Assembly (NCBI GenBank): GCA_951406725.2
Contig: OX597814.1
Location: 73,842,001 to 73,906,000, forward strand
DNA length: 64,000 bases
Direction: 5' to 3'
Source of the DNA: Octopus vulgaris
Lineage: Eukaryota
The stretch's first letter is position 1; every line of letters begins with the position of its first letter. Below, one piece after another: positions 13,155 to 26,744 of this stretch. A model generated the notes under the pieces. It saw only the letters and a program-made list of their open reading frames with translations. It did not search any database and was not told where the DNA came from. Made by a program: the position numbers and the translations under genes.

Positions 13155-13537
13155 ATAAATTGATCGATACAACTGAGTGGGCAAACAAAAATATGAGACA
13201 CTGCCCAGTGGGTTTTTTTTATTTTGATGAGCCTGGTAATTATTCTATCAGTTTCTTCTTGTGAAACCAGTAAGTTATGGGGATGTAAATAAACGAACTT
13301 CAGTTGTGAAGCAGTGATGAGTGAGAAACAGAACGACACACACATAGACTTACATATATACATACATATATATACAATTGATTTCTTTCAGTTTCTGTCA
13401 ACAAAATCCACTGACAAGGCTTTGGTTGGTCTAAGGCTATAGCCGAAGACACATGCCAAGTTACCACACAGTGGGACTGAACTCTGGACCATGTGCTTTG
13501 GAACCAAGTTTGTTACCACACAGCCACACCTGCACCT
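13155..13537 (-). mobile_element. tRNA-derived SINE
   Basis: Head GGTGTGGCTGTGTGGTAA..GTTCAGTCCCACTG; similar to the copies at 21058, 43932 and 60612. Confidence 0.85.
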
Positions 13538-13944
13538 ATGTATGTGTGGGTGTGTATGTGTGTATGTGTGTATGGGTGTATATATGTATGCATGTATATA
13601 TGTGTATATATATGTGTACATATTACATGTACATTTATATATAAATATATACATCTATATGCATAGAAATACATCTATACATATACTTCTATACATATAC
13701 ATGTATAAATATACATCTATATATACATGTATATATATACATATATATACATCCATATATATATACATATATATATATATCGATACAATAATTGTTTCTT
13801 GTCAGGAACAAAAAAAGGTTTAATAGGACTGCAATAGAAGTGCTCTATTGGAAGAGACAAAAATATCAAACTAAAATCATTGAACAAGCTTATTTTACCT
13901 GATTAAGATTTCTAAACGATGAACCTTATTTTACTTTATTTACA

Positions 13945-14009
<65 letters not shown>

Positions 14010-14397
14010 TATATGCTCCTATATGTATATATATTTATATATGTTTTATATATTTTTATATGCCTATATTTTTATATACCTATATATTTTTATATATTAC
14101 TTATATTATATTTTACTTTCTACGTCCTTTTATAAATGTATTCTCTTTGAATCGCTAGAATATTAATTCTAAGTTTTAATGATAAGAATTTTTCTCGCAC
14201 CATACCATATTATTATTATTATTACGTGCTGTACATATGAATTTTGTTTCATCTTGCGGGTTATATGTTTATTCTATAATTAAATGTTCGAATTATGAAA
14301 TGACATGCAGTTGACTTTGTATTTGCTTGTTCAATGATTTTAGTTTGATACATATATATATATACATCTATATATATATATACATCTATATGTATGT

Positions 14398-14469
<72 letters not shown>

Positions 14470-14575
14470 TTGTAAATTTAAATTTAAAATAATAAGGGTG
14501 AAAAATTGAATATAAATTTGATTAGTATGAATTTAAAACCAGTGGTGTAGCATATAAGACCATAGCAGATCTTCT

Positions 14576-14899
14576 TCTAGTAGAATGGATGTCCAGTTAC
14601 AGTTCATCCCTGTTTCACTTTAAGTAATAGTTTCAGTATTAAAGTGAAAGTATCTGACATTACAATAGAGAGATGTTTTTCCTTCACTTTTGGCACGTAA
14701 TATTGAAATAGTGGAGAAGATATGATATTGCTGTGGGCTCGCCCTATGCAAGAAGTTAAATTTTTTGCCCATGACACTACATGGACCCTAAGTAAGGCAT
14801 GTGTAAAATTTGAATGAAATTGGTTGTGTGGTTCTCAAGTTTTAGGGATTCACACAGACAGACACACACACACACATTCTCAGTTTTATATATATAGAT
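14576..14899 (+). mobile_element. Helentron/DINE-like non-autonomous element (3' part)
   Basis: AAATTTGAATGAAATTGGTTG..GGTTCT..(CAGA)(CA)n..TTTTATATATATAGAT terminus typical of DINE-like elements. Confidence 0.55.
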
Positions 14900-16537
14900 A
14901 ACAACATAGCGACAAAATGTGTGGAAGCAAGATGAAAAACTCAAAATAATAAGATTTGTTCTCGAGATATTAGTTTCATCGTCACACACACACCAGGTGG
15001 AGATTCTGTTGACTATTTTGATAAGTAGGGGTTCTAGTTAATTGCAACATGTTTCTTTTTTCTTGCGTTGCTGAGCTTAAATCCTTCCAAACCCACGCGA
15101 AACAGAAAAGCCAAAGCAGTGGCATTTATAAGCGATGAATACGATAGAGTGTTGCTATTTAACTTCACTTTCATTACTAAATCCCTATTCATTACTAAAT
15201 CTCATAGGAAACCCAAGAACGTCACACTTCCTATTATTCAATTAGTCTGGTATTCCTTAATATTGAGGAAATAAACTACCGACAAATATAGACTAAAGCA
15301 AGATTTTAATTTCCAATCATAAATATTTCACTATTTATTTTACTCTACGGCGGATAAAAGCCGTACATCAGAAATCCCATTTCTTTCTTAAAACAGAAAA
15401 CTTTATATATTGACAAACATATTCCAGATAGTGAAACTTTAAGTAACAATAGAGCTCGTCGTAACTGGTCAGTTTATTGTAACTGGTTCGACGTCTAGTG
15501 GCCCAGTAATATATTGAAATCAATCAATCCAGCCGACTGTATACAGTCCAAAGGAAATCAACAAATAATTCAAGGATCTGTTGCAATTAAACTTGTGCTA
15601 AGTATACTGTTATAGAATTGAGTTTTGGTTTCTGTTTGGCGGGAGGTTATTCTTTTCGATATCCACTAATATCAATATTTTAGGATGAGTTTGGTGTCGA
15701 TTAATTAAGTGGTGTTACTACTTCGACAGTTATACGCACCCAACAATAATTGAGGCCTTGTGAGTGGTAAGAAGAAATCAATAAATTTTACTTGATTCTA
15801 AGGAGTGGAAGGAAGTTTAGATAGGAAATAAAGAATTAAAGAAAAGAAAAAAGAAAAAGAAGAAAGAAAAGAAGGAAGTGAAGAAAAACGGAAAGAAGAA
15901 ACAAAACAAAGGAAAGAAAGAAAAAGTAATAACAGTGGAAGCGGAAAGAACTATATTCGCTTCAACCTTAGGAATATGAATAATCTCAAGATATTTGAAC
16001 TTTCATCCTTTCAACTTGCAGAATTCTGTCATCGGGTACCAAAAGATAATAAAAAATAAGTAAAAAATGGATACAGAGAACTCACACACATACACGCAAA
16101 TACACACGCATCTACACATAAACACAAACTCAGTCTACGATGGTAGTTAAGCCTCTGCCAAACACATCGTACATTCCAATACATCTATGATGGTACAGCA
16201 ATTGTAAGCACTTCTTAATTGGTAGAGAGTCAGAAACGCACAAGCCAAATAGCTTGTGCGCCACTACTGCTATTTCTATCATATAACATATTCAGCCCAC
16301 CAAATTAGGTGCCGCCATTGCTTTTGTTACGTTTGTGTACTTGAGTTTCCACGCTCTCGTCGTACCTATGAGAGTTAACGTGCAATTTTTCTTTCTTTCA
16401 AAATGAAACATTGATGATTTCAAGGAAATTAGTACATCATTCATTTCTGTTCAACATGGTGTATGTCGGGCAAGCCATAGATTATAAGAAAGATGAAAAC
16501 AGCTATACACATGCGCACAAAGCACGCACATTCACAA

Positions 16538-16595
<58 letters not shown>

Positions 16596-17091
16596 TAAGG
16601 GAAATATTCACACATAGCAAGTTGTTTCAGAAAGGAATGGCTATACTTCTTAGCAGTTCGAAATATATTTATATACTTAGCTATCTTTTTATTCATTCTG
16701 AGTCAAATGTTAAGATTTTTCAACAGAAGCAATTGTAGTTGCTAAGCTTCGTAATAAGTAGTTTTGTTCAAATCACACCCGTTATCAATAGATATAACAC
16801 CAGTCATGTACTGGAACCTGATTGAATCGACTTCCTTTCTGCTTTATCTTTAAAGGAATGTGAGAAATTAATGATAAACATTTAAATTTAGGAAATTAAT
16901 CTGACAAAATGTAAATGAAAATTGATTCCTCAGTATTATATGACTTTCATCTCACAAGTTCTTTATCCTTTGTTCATTTCACTCTCCGGTATATCAAGTT
17001 TTACATCGGTCATTAAAAGGATTATTTATATTCAGTGGTGTGTAATTAAAAAACAGTTTATTGTTTTATGTGAAAAATCACAACTGGCAGA

Positions 17092-17955
17092 TTTTGAATT
17101 TCTGCCATTTTGGGGTTCCCTGGTATTTGAGCTAGATAGGAATCAGCCCCGTTTGCTATCATTCCAAGGGCACCTTTGACAACAAATATTGTTTTAGCCT
17201 TGAGGTTCCACATTTTGCCAATTTATATTTCAAGATCTTTATACTTGCTCAGTTTTTAGTAGGGCTTGACAGATACATATATGTCGATTGGGACAGTCAT
17301 ATCAATGAGGAGGCATGATTTTTGTCTGAAGTCCTTCAATTTCATGTCTGGCATATTTGCATCTATCTTTCTGTCAGTTTGAACGGTGAAATTCCAGAGG
17401 AGTGAATGTGGTCATTTTCAAGCACTGGTGGTGGTTTGTGTTCCCATCAGTTTTTATCATGGAGCAGGTCCAAGTTTTTGCAAATTACCCAGTGAATATA
17501 TTGTGTTGCTCTATCATGCCTTTTGAGATACTCTATAGGCGCGAGAAGACTGCACATGGAGACAACATGATCAATGGTTTCATTTTGTTGTTGACATGCA
17601 TGACATGTTGGACTACTGCCGTTCTTTAAAATGTTGACCTGGCAGCTCCTTGTAGGTAGGCAATGATTTGGGTTGCTATGATAAACCCTTCTGTCTCTGA
17701 TTTTTAGCCAGAAGACACTAACCATTAATGGGTAAGGACTTTGTCAACATTGGCACTATTAGCTCTGTTTGAGTATTTGCCATTGGGAGCTTTTTCTTGC
17801 CATTTATTAGTAAGAATATCTAAGGCAGCAGTTTTAGTACGGGTTTTCATACGCTTAGCTTTTTCTGTGCTTGTTTCCTGTATGTCTAATTCTGGAATTT
17901 GCTGCATTTGGAATTCACTTAGATATTCCTTTGCCTGTTTTGTTACTGAGTATGA
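17092..17955 (-). mobile_element. R4/Dong-like RLE non-LTR retrotransposon fragment
   Basis: CHAC..ETIDHVVSMC..YLKRHD zinc knuckle; PD..IDMTVP..K..KY RLE motif; stops and frameshifts. Confidence 0.85.
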
Positions 17956-18133
17956 TGTTGATTATCATGCATATTCTTTCTGTTTCATTCACCACAACAA
18001 TGTCCAGTGAGATAATAGCACCCGGTCATTGCATGCCACAGGATTTTCTCACTTTCCGAGCGTTAAACTAAAACATCTGTTTGTTGTTTACACACGCGAC
18101 TTCGTCTTTTTTTTGTAAATTCTCACTACATAT

Positions 18134-18166
<33 letters not shown>

Positions 18167-18399
18167 CGTGTGTGTGAGTGTGTGTGTGTGTGTATACATA
18201 TGCACGGGAACGTGAAACTCCGAGTAATATTTCTTTGATAATTTTGATGCTTTAATAAAAATATGTTACTCTTTGGTATTCGAGTACAATTTTTTCCAGC
18301 TTGTTTTGCTCTTTTTGCTCCTCTGTGTGCACACACACAAGCGCGCGCGCACGCACACGCATACACACACACACATATGTCTCTTTTTATTGTTAGAAA

Positions 18400-18990
18400 T
18401 GGCAAGACAACAAAATGAAAAGGACCTCGATATCATGTACATAGAGGAATTTATCTGTAAATATAATATGTGACAATTATTCAGTAGCCATGATAAAACT
18501 ACGAGTTTCGGATGTCGGGGCGGAAACCCACACTAGCATCTCTTCAGTTATCGAGCCATCGAAAAAATGCTAGGGAAATGACCGTTAAAACAAAGGGAAA
18601 TTACTGTGTGATTGACCTTTATTAAGATAAAAGGGCTATTAGAATGACCGCTAAGTAAGGGGAGGGAGTAAAGGCAAGGGAGTAAAAATGTTCATAGTAA
18701 TCGCGTAAGTGCGCATGTCCATACATATACATGCGCTCTTGCACACCCACGTACATGCGCATATATGTATATACTCATCCACCCTCACTTGAAACACATA
18801 CAGGCTCACCCACACATTCGCCAAATACATACACGCTCGTACACACACGCACACAAAAAAGTTCATACACACGTCTATATATGCACATGCACAAGAAAAA
18901 ATAGGGCTAAATGCAAAATACAGAAAAATGTGTAAAAGAAAGTGTAAATATAAGCAATAAGAGTAAAACACGTTTATATACGTACATAAA
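18400..18990 (-). mobile_element. Penelope-like 3'UTR/pLTR with an intact hammerhead (18492-18552)
   Basis: Reverse complement reads GATAA-CTGAAGA-GATG..CATCC-GAAA-CTCGTA-GTT-TTATC; similar to 31310-32100. Confidence 0.8.
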
Positions 18991-19101
18991 TATATATATC
19001 TATTCTGTATTTAATCATTTAAAGTCATCCTATGAAGAAGGAACTGGTTTCTAACAAAGATACAAAGTTCCATCTTTGGAATGTAGATAACGAAAACAAT
19101 G

Positions 19102-19865
19102 TCATGTTTTAAACCTAAGAAAAGTATTGCATACTTTTACTGTTCCACTTACAGATTGTATTTGTAATGTACGAATCAGTTGGTTGATTTCTTTTTCTGA
19201 AAATTCAAGCTTACTTACAAAACCAAGTGGTCCAATTATTATTGGTATGAATGTAAATCTGTAATCCGGATATAGGAGCTGGAGGTTTCGAAGCCGCTGT
19301 CCATAGTTATCTTCTTTCTCTTTGATTTTCAAATAGATATTCACACCAGCAGAACAGCTGACCTCTATGACAGTACATACTTTTACTTGTCTGTCTCAAA
19401 CATCCAGCCTGTTATGTTTACACTTGACTGATGTTTTGATGGGAATGTTCCACCAGTTTCCTTCTGCTGGTATTTGTGTGCGTATTCAGTAACAAGGGGA
19501 TTCTCTATATCTATTCCAAGGCAGTCTTTTTTTCCAAATGGCATTGTATATTGTTTTTGCGAGATCATGTCGCATAGGGAGGTACCTTGATGGCATTTTT
19601 GAGCAGCTGTTAATCACATGTGAAATGTCTTCCACAGAAATATGACATAATCTACATTTACGGTAGCATCTTGGAACTCCTAGGGCTTCACTGTCTCTTT
19701 TGCTGTCTCTTTTACTGACAATAGTAATATCCTGTTCTTGGATTGCAAATACATACCCGTCGAAGTGTGATGTGATGTAGCAGCCACGAGTCCATGAGAG
19801 GCTTCCCTTCATGTTAATGTTGATATTTTCTCCAAGTCTACGAGAAACATACCCATGCATGGTCT
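19102..19865 (-). mobile_element. Second R4/Dong-like (RLE) LINE family fragment
   Basis: MHGY..FAIQEQ..CRLC..EDISHVINSC..RHD; K..KEDNY..IPIIIGPLG; decayed. Confidence 0.8.
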
Positions 19866-19995
19866 TTTTTTTTTTTTTTTTGCTATGCTGAACATTTTTA
19901 CTTCTATATGTAAGTATCTATGTATCTATGTATCTATGTACATGAATCTTCTGAATGTCTAATATATTTTTTCGTGGCTCATACATTATATACGG

Positions 19996-20039
<44 letters not shown>

Positions 20040-20109
20040 AATATTTTGCTTAGGCATAGCTGGTGTAGAACTCAATATACATATGCTTCAGAACACAATG
20101 TTAGATGAG

Positions 20110-20350
20110 TATAGAGTGGTAATAAGAACAAAGAGATGACACCGGCAAAAACAAAACAAAAGTTATGTAATGGATTTCATTAGCTTACAGCTGTTTCTTC
20201 TACATGATGCGGTGGACTCTTAGTTGAGTACCCGGAAAATATCCTATAGCTTCATCGGAGCCTTGAATATGAAGTGCAATTTATTTGGCAAAATTACATT
20301 TTCGGAAAATACAGGCGTTACGCGTGAGAAAGTTTATGTATGTTTGATGT
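20110..20350 (-). mobile_element. Penelope-like pLTR remnant with a hammerhead-like motif (20183-20261)
   Basis: Reverse complement reads GCT-CCGATGA...GAAA-CAGCT-GTA-AGC; palindromic ACAGCTGT. Confidence 0.55.
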
Positions 20351-20778
20351 CTATAGACATCAACATACATACATACATACATACATACATACATACATAC
20401 ATACATACATACATACATACAATGATGCATACACGCCGTATAATTTTCTTAATATTTCTTCCTATTTCCGTTTTATAACGAAGCTACAAAAGTAAAAGCG
20501 CGGAAGAATTAACACTGTAATATTTATCTCCCGTTAACTATTTAACGAAGCTGTTGTTACTAGACATAAACGAACTATAAACCAATTATAGATTTTTTAA
20601 TATATATTAACCTGGATGCTGTTATACAGTGTATTTATTGACCTAAATATCTAAACTTGACTGGAAATCTAAAATGAATATCTAAAATAAATTCTGCAGC
20701 AACTCACCATGATTATTGCTATTAAAATGACGTTAACATGAAACAGTTCGTGCACTGGAACACACAGACACAGGCACA

Positions 20779-20821
<43 letters not shown>

Positions 20822-21057
20822 GCACGCACACACACACACCGTTTTTACTCTTATACAAGTCATACTATTTTGTACTTGACTTTAATTGAGAAAACTGGAG
20901 TGACTTGCACATGGTAAAGCTTAAACTTTTAAGGGGAGATATTTGTACGAAGATTTAACACTAACTTAGGGATATTACTTTTACACGACTGCAACCTTTA
21001 CAACTTAGATACGATTATATAGAGTGAATATTTTTAGATTATATATACTATATATAT

Positions 21058-21222
21058 GGCACAGGTGTGGCTGTGTGGTAAGGAGCTTGCTTCCCAACCA
21101 CCTGGTTCAGAATTAAGTCCCACTGCGTGGCACCTTGAGCAAGTGTCTTCTATTATAGCCTCGGGCCGACCAAAGCCTTGTGAGTGGATTTGGTAGACGG
21201 AAACTGAAGGAAACCCGTCGTA
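21058..21222 (+). mobile_element. tRNA-derived SINE head
   Basis: A-box-like TGGCTGTGTGG and conserved GGCACCTTGAGCAAGTGTC body. Confidence 0.85.
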
Positions 21223-21569
21223 AATATTTCTGCCAGCGTTCGCTAATTCTTTTCGTTCTCGTCTAACGACTCTCCATGTTTGTTTTCGTTCGTTTTCTTT
21301 GTATGTCTCTACTGTCCTGTTTTTGTTCCCAACTTTGACTCTCCATAAATCCAAAATTTTATTTTGGAATTTATGGGAGCAACTGTCTTCGAAGACACAT
21401 ATTGGTGTTGAATGCTCAAAATGAGGGGTAGATAGACAGCCGACAACTGATGAAGGGTCGTTCTTGGTGTTACTTGTTCTGTTTTCCTTTTTTTTTTTCT
21501 CTCGTTGTTTGCGTACTCCATGTTGTTTACTGTTGGTAACGTCCTGTACCCATATATATATATATATTA

Positions 21570-21628
<59 letters not shown>

Positions 21629-21719
21629 TTTGCAATAATAAATCTCTGAGCGAGATATAAACAGTAGCAGCACGACATCGTGAAGTATATTCGCCACCTA
21701 ACTGTGACTGACCCATAAG

Positions 21720-21910
21720 AGACGATGCTACTGTAGTTTATAGCCCCAGAAAGGCATCTCCTCCAGCTGGCTATTGACACACTGTCTGTGCCCTATCAGT
21801 ATTTGCAAAGGGAAATTATCGTTCCCATCTCCAACCTGTCGTGATACACACGGACTGGAGTTTCTGGGTAATAACCCGTCATCAGCGTGTGGCAATCACT
21901 GGCTGGGGAT
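21720..21910 (-). mobile_element. Dispersed copy of the hammerhead-bearing non-coding family
   Basis: Reverse complement shares blocks with the 6892 unit (TTCCCTTTGCAAAT, G.CACAG..GTGTC, GATGC..TTC..GGGCTA). Confidence 0.7.
21848..21890 (-). ncRNA. Canonical minimal type I hammerhead ribozyme
   Basis: Reverse complement reads ACACG-CTGATGA-CGGGT tatt ACCCA-GAAA-CTCCA-GTC-CGTGT. Confidence 0.85.
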
Positions 21911-22716
21911 TTATTCTTTATTATGATAAAATAATCCAACATAGAGGGGTCACCACACGACGTTACAAACATGTAAGGTTCAAGAATTCGTTTGATTTAT
22001 GCTGTTAAAAGTATAAAATTATATATATTTATGATGAGTTTTAATAACAATGAATTCATTCACTTTTTGGCCGGAAAGTCCACCGGCTACACCGCACGAA
22101 TTTACTATGCATTTAAGCAAGGTCATTCATACCCAACTTCCTCACCACATCCTTTCATTTTTTCTCATATACGCTTCGCGACAGGCGTCCCTTCTCCAGC
22201 CCTATCTTGCTCTTCAGATGATATCAGAAATAGTAGAGCAAACCAAGGCCGGAGATGAAGGTTTCCGTCACGACTCCTTTTATTCTCGTTTTCCATATGC
22301 ACTCTTTCAAAACCGCAACTGTGCATAACAAACAAACCTCCCCTTCCTTTGACAGTCCGGATGGCGGTACATTCAGCTGATAGCTGTACTCTTCCTAACT
22401 GAGACAGCACGTGTTCCGCGTAAACCATCAGGCCTGAAATAATATATATCATAATAAAGAATAAATCACCACCCGCTTCTTGTTGGATTATTAACAAGTT
22501 ATTCTGTTATTATTGAACTACAAACTTTAATTTTTACCCTTTTACAGGGTAAAAAATAATACTGTTTAATAATTATTTTTTGTGGAAGATATTTTTGACT
22601 AAAAATATTTTTTTGTCAATTTTGAAAACAATTTTCTGAAAATTGATGTGTCCTGTAAAAGGAATTTTTGTATTAATATGAAATTCGACTTAGAGTCAAT
22701 TTCGGACTTCCCAAAG

Positions 22717-23720
22717 ATGGAAAAGGCAAAAAAAAACTGAAAAGAAAGTACAAAATAGGTTCAAAAGGAAAAAAACTAGTTCTTCAGCTGCTGTTGGGGG
22801 CAATATGGTAAATTTGAACGTGTCCATGGCAGAATTGTTTAAATATTGAAATATGATAGAAAAAATATGGAATGATACCAAGTTGCTTTCTCCCCAAGAT
22901 ATACTACAGAATATAGCTGCCAAAACTGCGGTCTATAAGACGTATGGTCAAAAACGAAGTAATTGAAAAGTGTATGCAGCCCATTTGGAACAAAATAAAA
23001 TATGTTGGACGCAGAAGAAGTGCTACAGTGGAGGCACAATTGGCTGACGAAAGTACAGCAAAAGAACTGTCTACGCTAACACTGAAAAATGACGAGATAA
23101 TTCTCCTGCTAATTTATCTAGGCTGGAGAACGGCGAAAATTAAAGTGGAGGAAATTCCAGCTGGTTTGGGTGTATTGTGGATTGTAGCAGCCGTATTATA
23201 CGACATGGAAGAATAAATATCTATTCTGCAAATATAGAAAAAGGAGGCCGAAAATTGGAAAGGCCAGTCACTGGAAATGGTGGTCCAAGCTAGCCCCGAA
23301 ATTCTGGAAGGACTTCCCGATAAGGTGTCCATAGAGAATGGGGTTGAGCGTGAAAGTGAGCGTTGAGGGACGTAGTCCGCGCTGTTTTAAGTGCGGCGAA
23401 AAAGGCCACGCCCGCTCAGGATGTCAAAAGAAAAAGAACGAGGCTCCTCCTCAACAAAAATCCAAAGAAACGACAGAAAAAGAAAAACAACCAAAAAACA
23501 AACAGATGTGCCCAAGGAAAGCGAACCAACAAGGCAAGAAACATTAAACACAGAAGAAACAGGATTCACTAAAGTGAATCCTGTTTCTTCTTCTGTGTTT
23601 AAAAGAAAAAACGCCTCAGTCCCAGACTCCCTTCCACATACAAAAACACCTAAAACAACCACAGACAAACAAGAAAAATCTTCCCACACCATCCCCCAGT
23701 TAAAACCCAGTTGAAACGAC
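22717..23720 (+). pseudogene. Decayed gag-like ORF1 (CCHC zinc knuckle) of a non-LTR retrotransposon
   Basis: ..IYLGWRTAKIKV..VSVEGRSPRCFKCGEKGHARSGC followed by a K/T/Q-rich tail; frameshifts. Confidence 0.7.
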
Positions 23721-26330
23721 ATGTTGGAGGAATCAGAAAAAGTGAGGGGAAGGGTATTGGGATCGATTTGTGAGTGTGTTGTTGTTCTTGTTATTGCTGT
23801 TGTTGATCTTGGTTGCTGGTTGTTGGGATGTCAAGTATGGGTTGTTGGGGATGAGGGGGTTAGTCTTTTACTTTTTTCTTCTGAATTTTGTGCTTCTGTA
23901 GTTGTTGATGATGGTGATAGTGTTGCTTCTGTTCTTAGTGGCACTGATGGTGGTGTTGTTTGGTTGGACTGATTTGTTGGTTGATAGAACTCTTTCATTT
24001 GGTGGTAGAGCTGTTTTATCAGATGTGCTGATGGAGGTGTGGGTAGCAGTGCTAGTTTGCCTTTGGGTTTTGGGTTTTGTTATTGTTCTTGTTGTTGTTT
24101 TTTTCCTGTTGTTCTTGTTGTAGTTGTTGTAATTGTTGTTGTTGCTGTTGTTGTTGTTGTTGTTGTTCTTCTTCTTCTTCTTCTTCTGCTTCTTTTGCTA
24201 ATTAGCAGTCTATTTTGAGATGGTTTTTGTTACCACAAAAGTAGCAACATAGCCTTCTGCCTTCAACGGCCACATGTAGGGTTATGCCATCTGGAAGTTT
24301 AATTAAAACTGGGGGATTTTCAATTGTTTCTTGATTTGCTTGAATCAACAGATCTAACCCCTGTCCAATCCAGTTTTAATGTTCCTGGACGGCGATTTCT
24401 AATATTTTAATTTGATCTTCAAAATCATAACAGATGGCTGACACCAGCCATCTTATTTTTATTTCAGGGGTCATATCTTTAATGTTTACCTTTGCCACCC
24501 GATGACCGAGGTAAGTGGGAATTATTACAGGATGGGGAAGCAAAATTTACAATGAATGTTAAGTTGTTTTTTCTCAGCAGGCACTAAGTCAATTGTTTTG
24601 AAACCTAGCATATATTGATGTCATAATCATACTTAACACTATTATCATTACCTTTTCAGAAAATTTTGCCCATATGAGTAATCAGGAAAGCAAACGCCAA
24701 AGAGTGTGTGATTTGATGAATGTACTCGTCACACCAAAGGAGATTTCAAGAATAGTTGGAGAGTCCATAAAGACTGTTTATAATGTAAAGAACAGAATGC
24801 CTATGAGCAAAACTATTACGAGGAAGTCTGGAAGTGGAGGAATCAACAAAAAACGTACCAAAGCTTTTATTAAAGCTCTCAAATCCAAAATCCTAAAGGA
24901 TCCAACCAAATCCATGAGGAAAAAGGTAATTGAGCTTGAGGTAGATAACAAGACTATTAGAAATGCAGTAAAATATGATTTGAGGTTAAAATCTTACACA
25001 AGAACACCAAAACACTTGTTGACAACAGTTATGAAGGAAAAGAGATTGGAAAGGTGCAAGAAAATTATTACATGGTTCAAGAAAAAGTCCTCCATTCTAA
25101 CGACCTTTTCAGATGAAAAGATCTTCACTGTCGATGCTGTGCTGTTCTGAACCGCAGAAATGACAGATTTACCGCAAAATCGACAGATGAGGTTAAGGAG
25201 ACATTCAAAGCAAAACCTCCTGCTCAAGTTATGGCTTCCGATGGAAAGAAAATGCCTATAAAATTCTACAAAGCTGATGAAAATATCAATATTAATACTT
25301 ACTACAAGACTCTGAGATACCAGGTATTGCCATGGCTTAAAGCAAACTACCCAGATGGTAATTACGTAAGGACACAGGATGGAGCTCCAGCCCACACAGC
25401 TAGAAAAATACAAGATTTCTGCAAATCCAACTTGAGCAAATTTTTAGGAATCATGTTTATAGCCGCCTTTTAGCCCAGGTCTAAAACCTCTGGATTATGC
25501 TATTTGGGGCATTTTAGAATATGCTACAATACAACATCACACAGCAATGTCGACTCTCTTAATGATACTATTAAAGGAGAATAGGAAAAGTTGTCTCCCG
25601 AATATTTGAGGAACACTTGTGCAAGTTTCAGGAAGCGTGTGATGGCAGTTATTGAGAAAGGAGGACACATAGAATAAAAACATTTTCTATTATGTAAATT
25701 TTCTTGAGGCAAATAAATTCACATGACTTTCAATAAACTAATTGGTCATACACTGTCTTTCAATCCCTGTCTCAAAATATTGCAAATTTTGCTTCCCTAC
25801 CCTGTATAAATTCCCCGCATTCCAGAGTTTTTGTCGAGAGTTCCTTTATTCGTCTTTCCGTATCAAATCTTACCTCGATCGTGGCAAATCTTTACCCCTT
25901 GCGATGTATTTTTTATAAGCCCATACGGGCTGTAGACATTTTTCAACTGTTTGTTGAGTGGTCTGTTCCAGTCTTTTAGGTTTTATGTTCAGGGTTTTAT
26001 AACTTATGTTGTTTTTTTTAATGCCCTGCTAATTCCTTCGTGCGGGGTTCAGTTTAATTACTCTGTTCTTTGTTTACTCTGTAGAAGTTCTTCTGTTGAG
26101 AAGGACATTAAATATTTCTTTTGCTTTAGAATAGAAGCAAAATTATTTGGTTTGTCCATGGCATTGTTGTTCGTTGTAGTAGTCTTCGTAACAGTGGTAG
26201 TGGTAGGAGAGATGATAGTGGTAGTGACAGGAGAAGTGATAACTGTGGTTGCACAGTTCATTGTTTTATGAATGTATTCATTTTTCTGCCTTCCCTTCCC
26301 ACTTGTTCGGAAGAAAAGCTTGCGTCAGTA
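23721..26330 (-). pseudogene. Second decayed gag-like ORF1, interrupted by a DNA transposon
   Basis: Reverse complement gives YLGHRVAKVNIK..VAVEGRRLCCYFCGNKNHLKIDC (about 24205-24525); N-terminal part 25805-26270; T/Q-rich tail. Confidence 0.7.
24528..25804 (+). mobile_element. Tc1/mariner DD37D transposon, full length with TA TSD, decayed
   Basis: TA|CAGGATGGGGAAGCAAAATTT..AAATTTTGCTTCCCTACCCTG|TA; FSDEKIF and QDGAPAH..PLDY, with 37-aa spacing after frameshift correction. Confidence 0.93.
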
Positions 26331-26349
26331 TGCGTATAGGTGTTCAAAA

Positions 26350-26419
<70 letters not shown>

Positions 26420-26744
26420 ATGCATCAATGTTCTGATTGTTGTTCGAAGTTTTCGATGATGGCAATGATGGGAACTTCATTTCTAAGTGGAACACTGGAT
26501 GGTACGTTGGCAGTCTTAGAAGGACTGTCCGTTTTACCAGACAGATGAAAATACTTTATAAAATAAGATTTTAAAGTTTGAAAATTCACCCTTAAAGGAT
26601 AAATTCTCAAGCGAAAGCCTCGCTCGAGGCCACGAACATGTTGTTAGGCACCTTTTTAACAAAGATAAATATAGATACACATAAATAAAACTGAGAAATT
26701 ACTTGAACTTACGGGAATCGATGCGACAAACAGCCAGTAGATAG

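Noticed and set aside
21440-21480. CTGATGA motif in a repeat tail
   Set aside because: No matching GAAA or stems downstream
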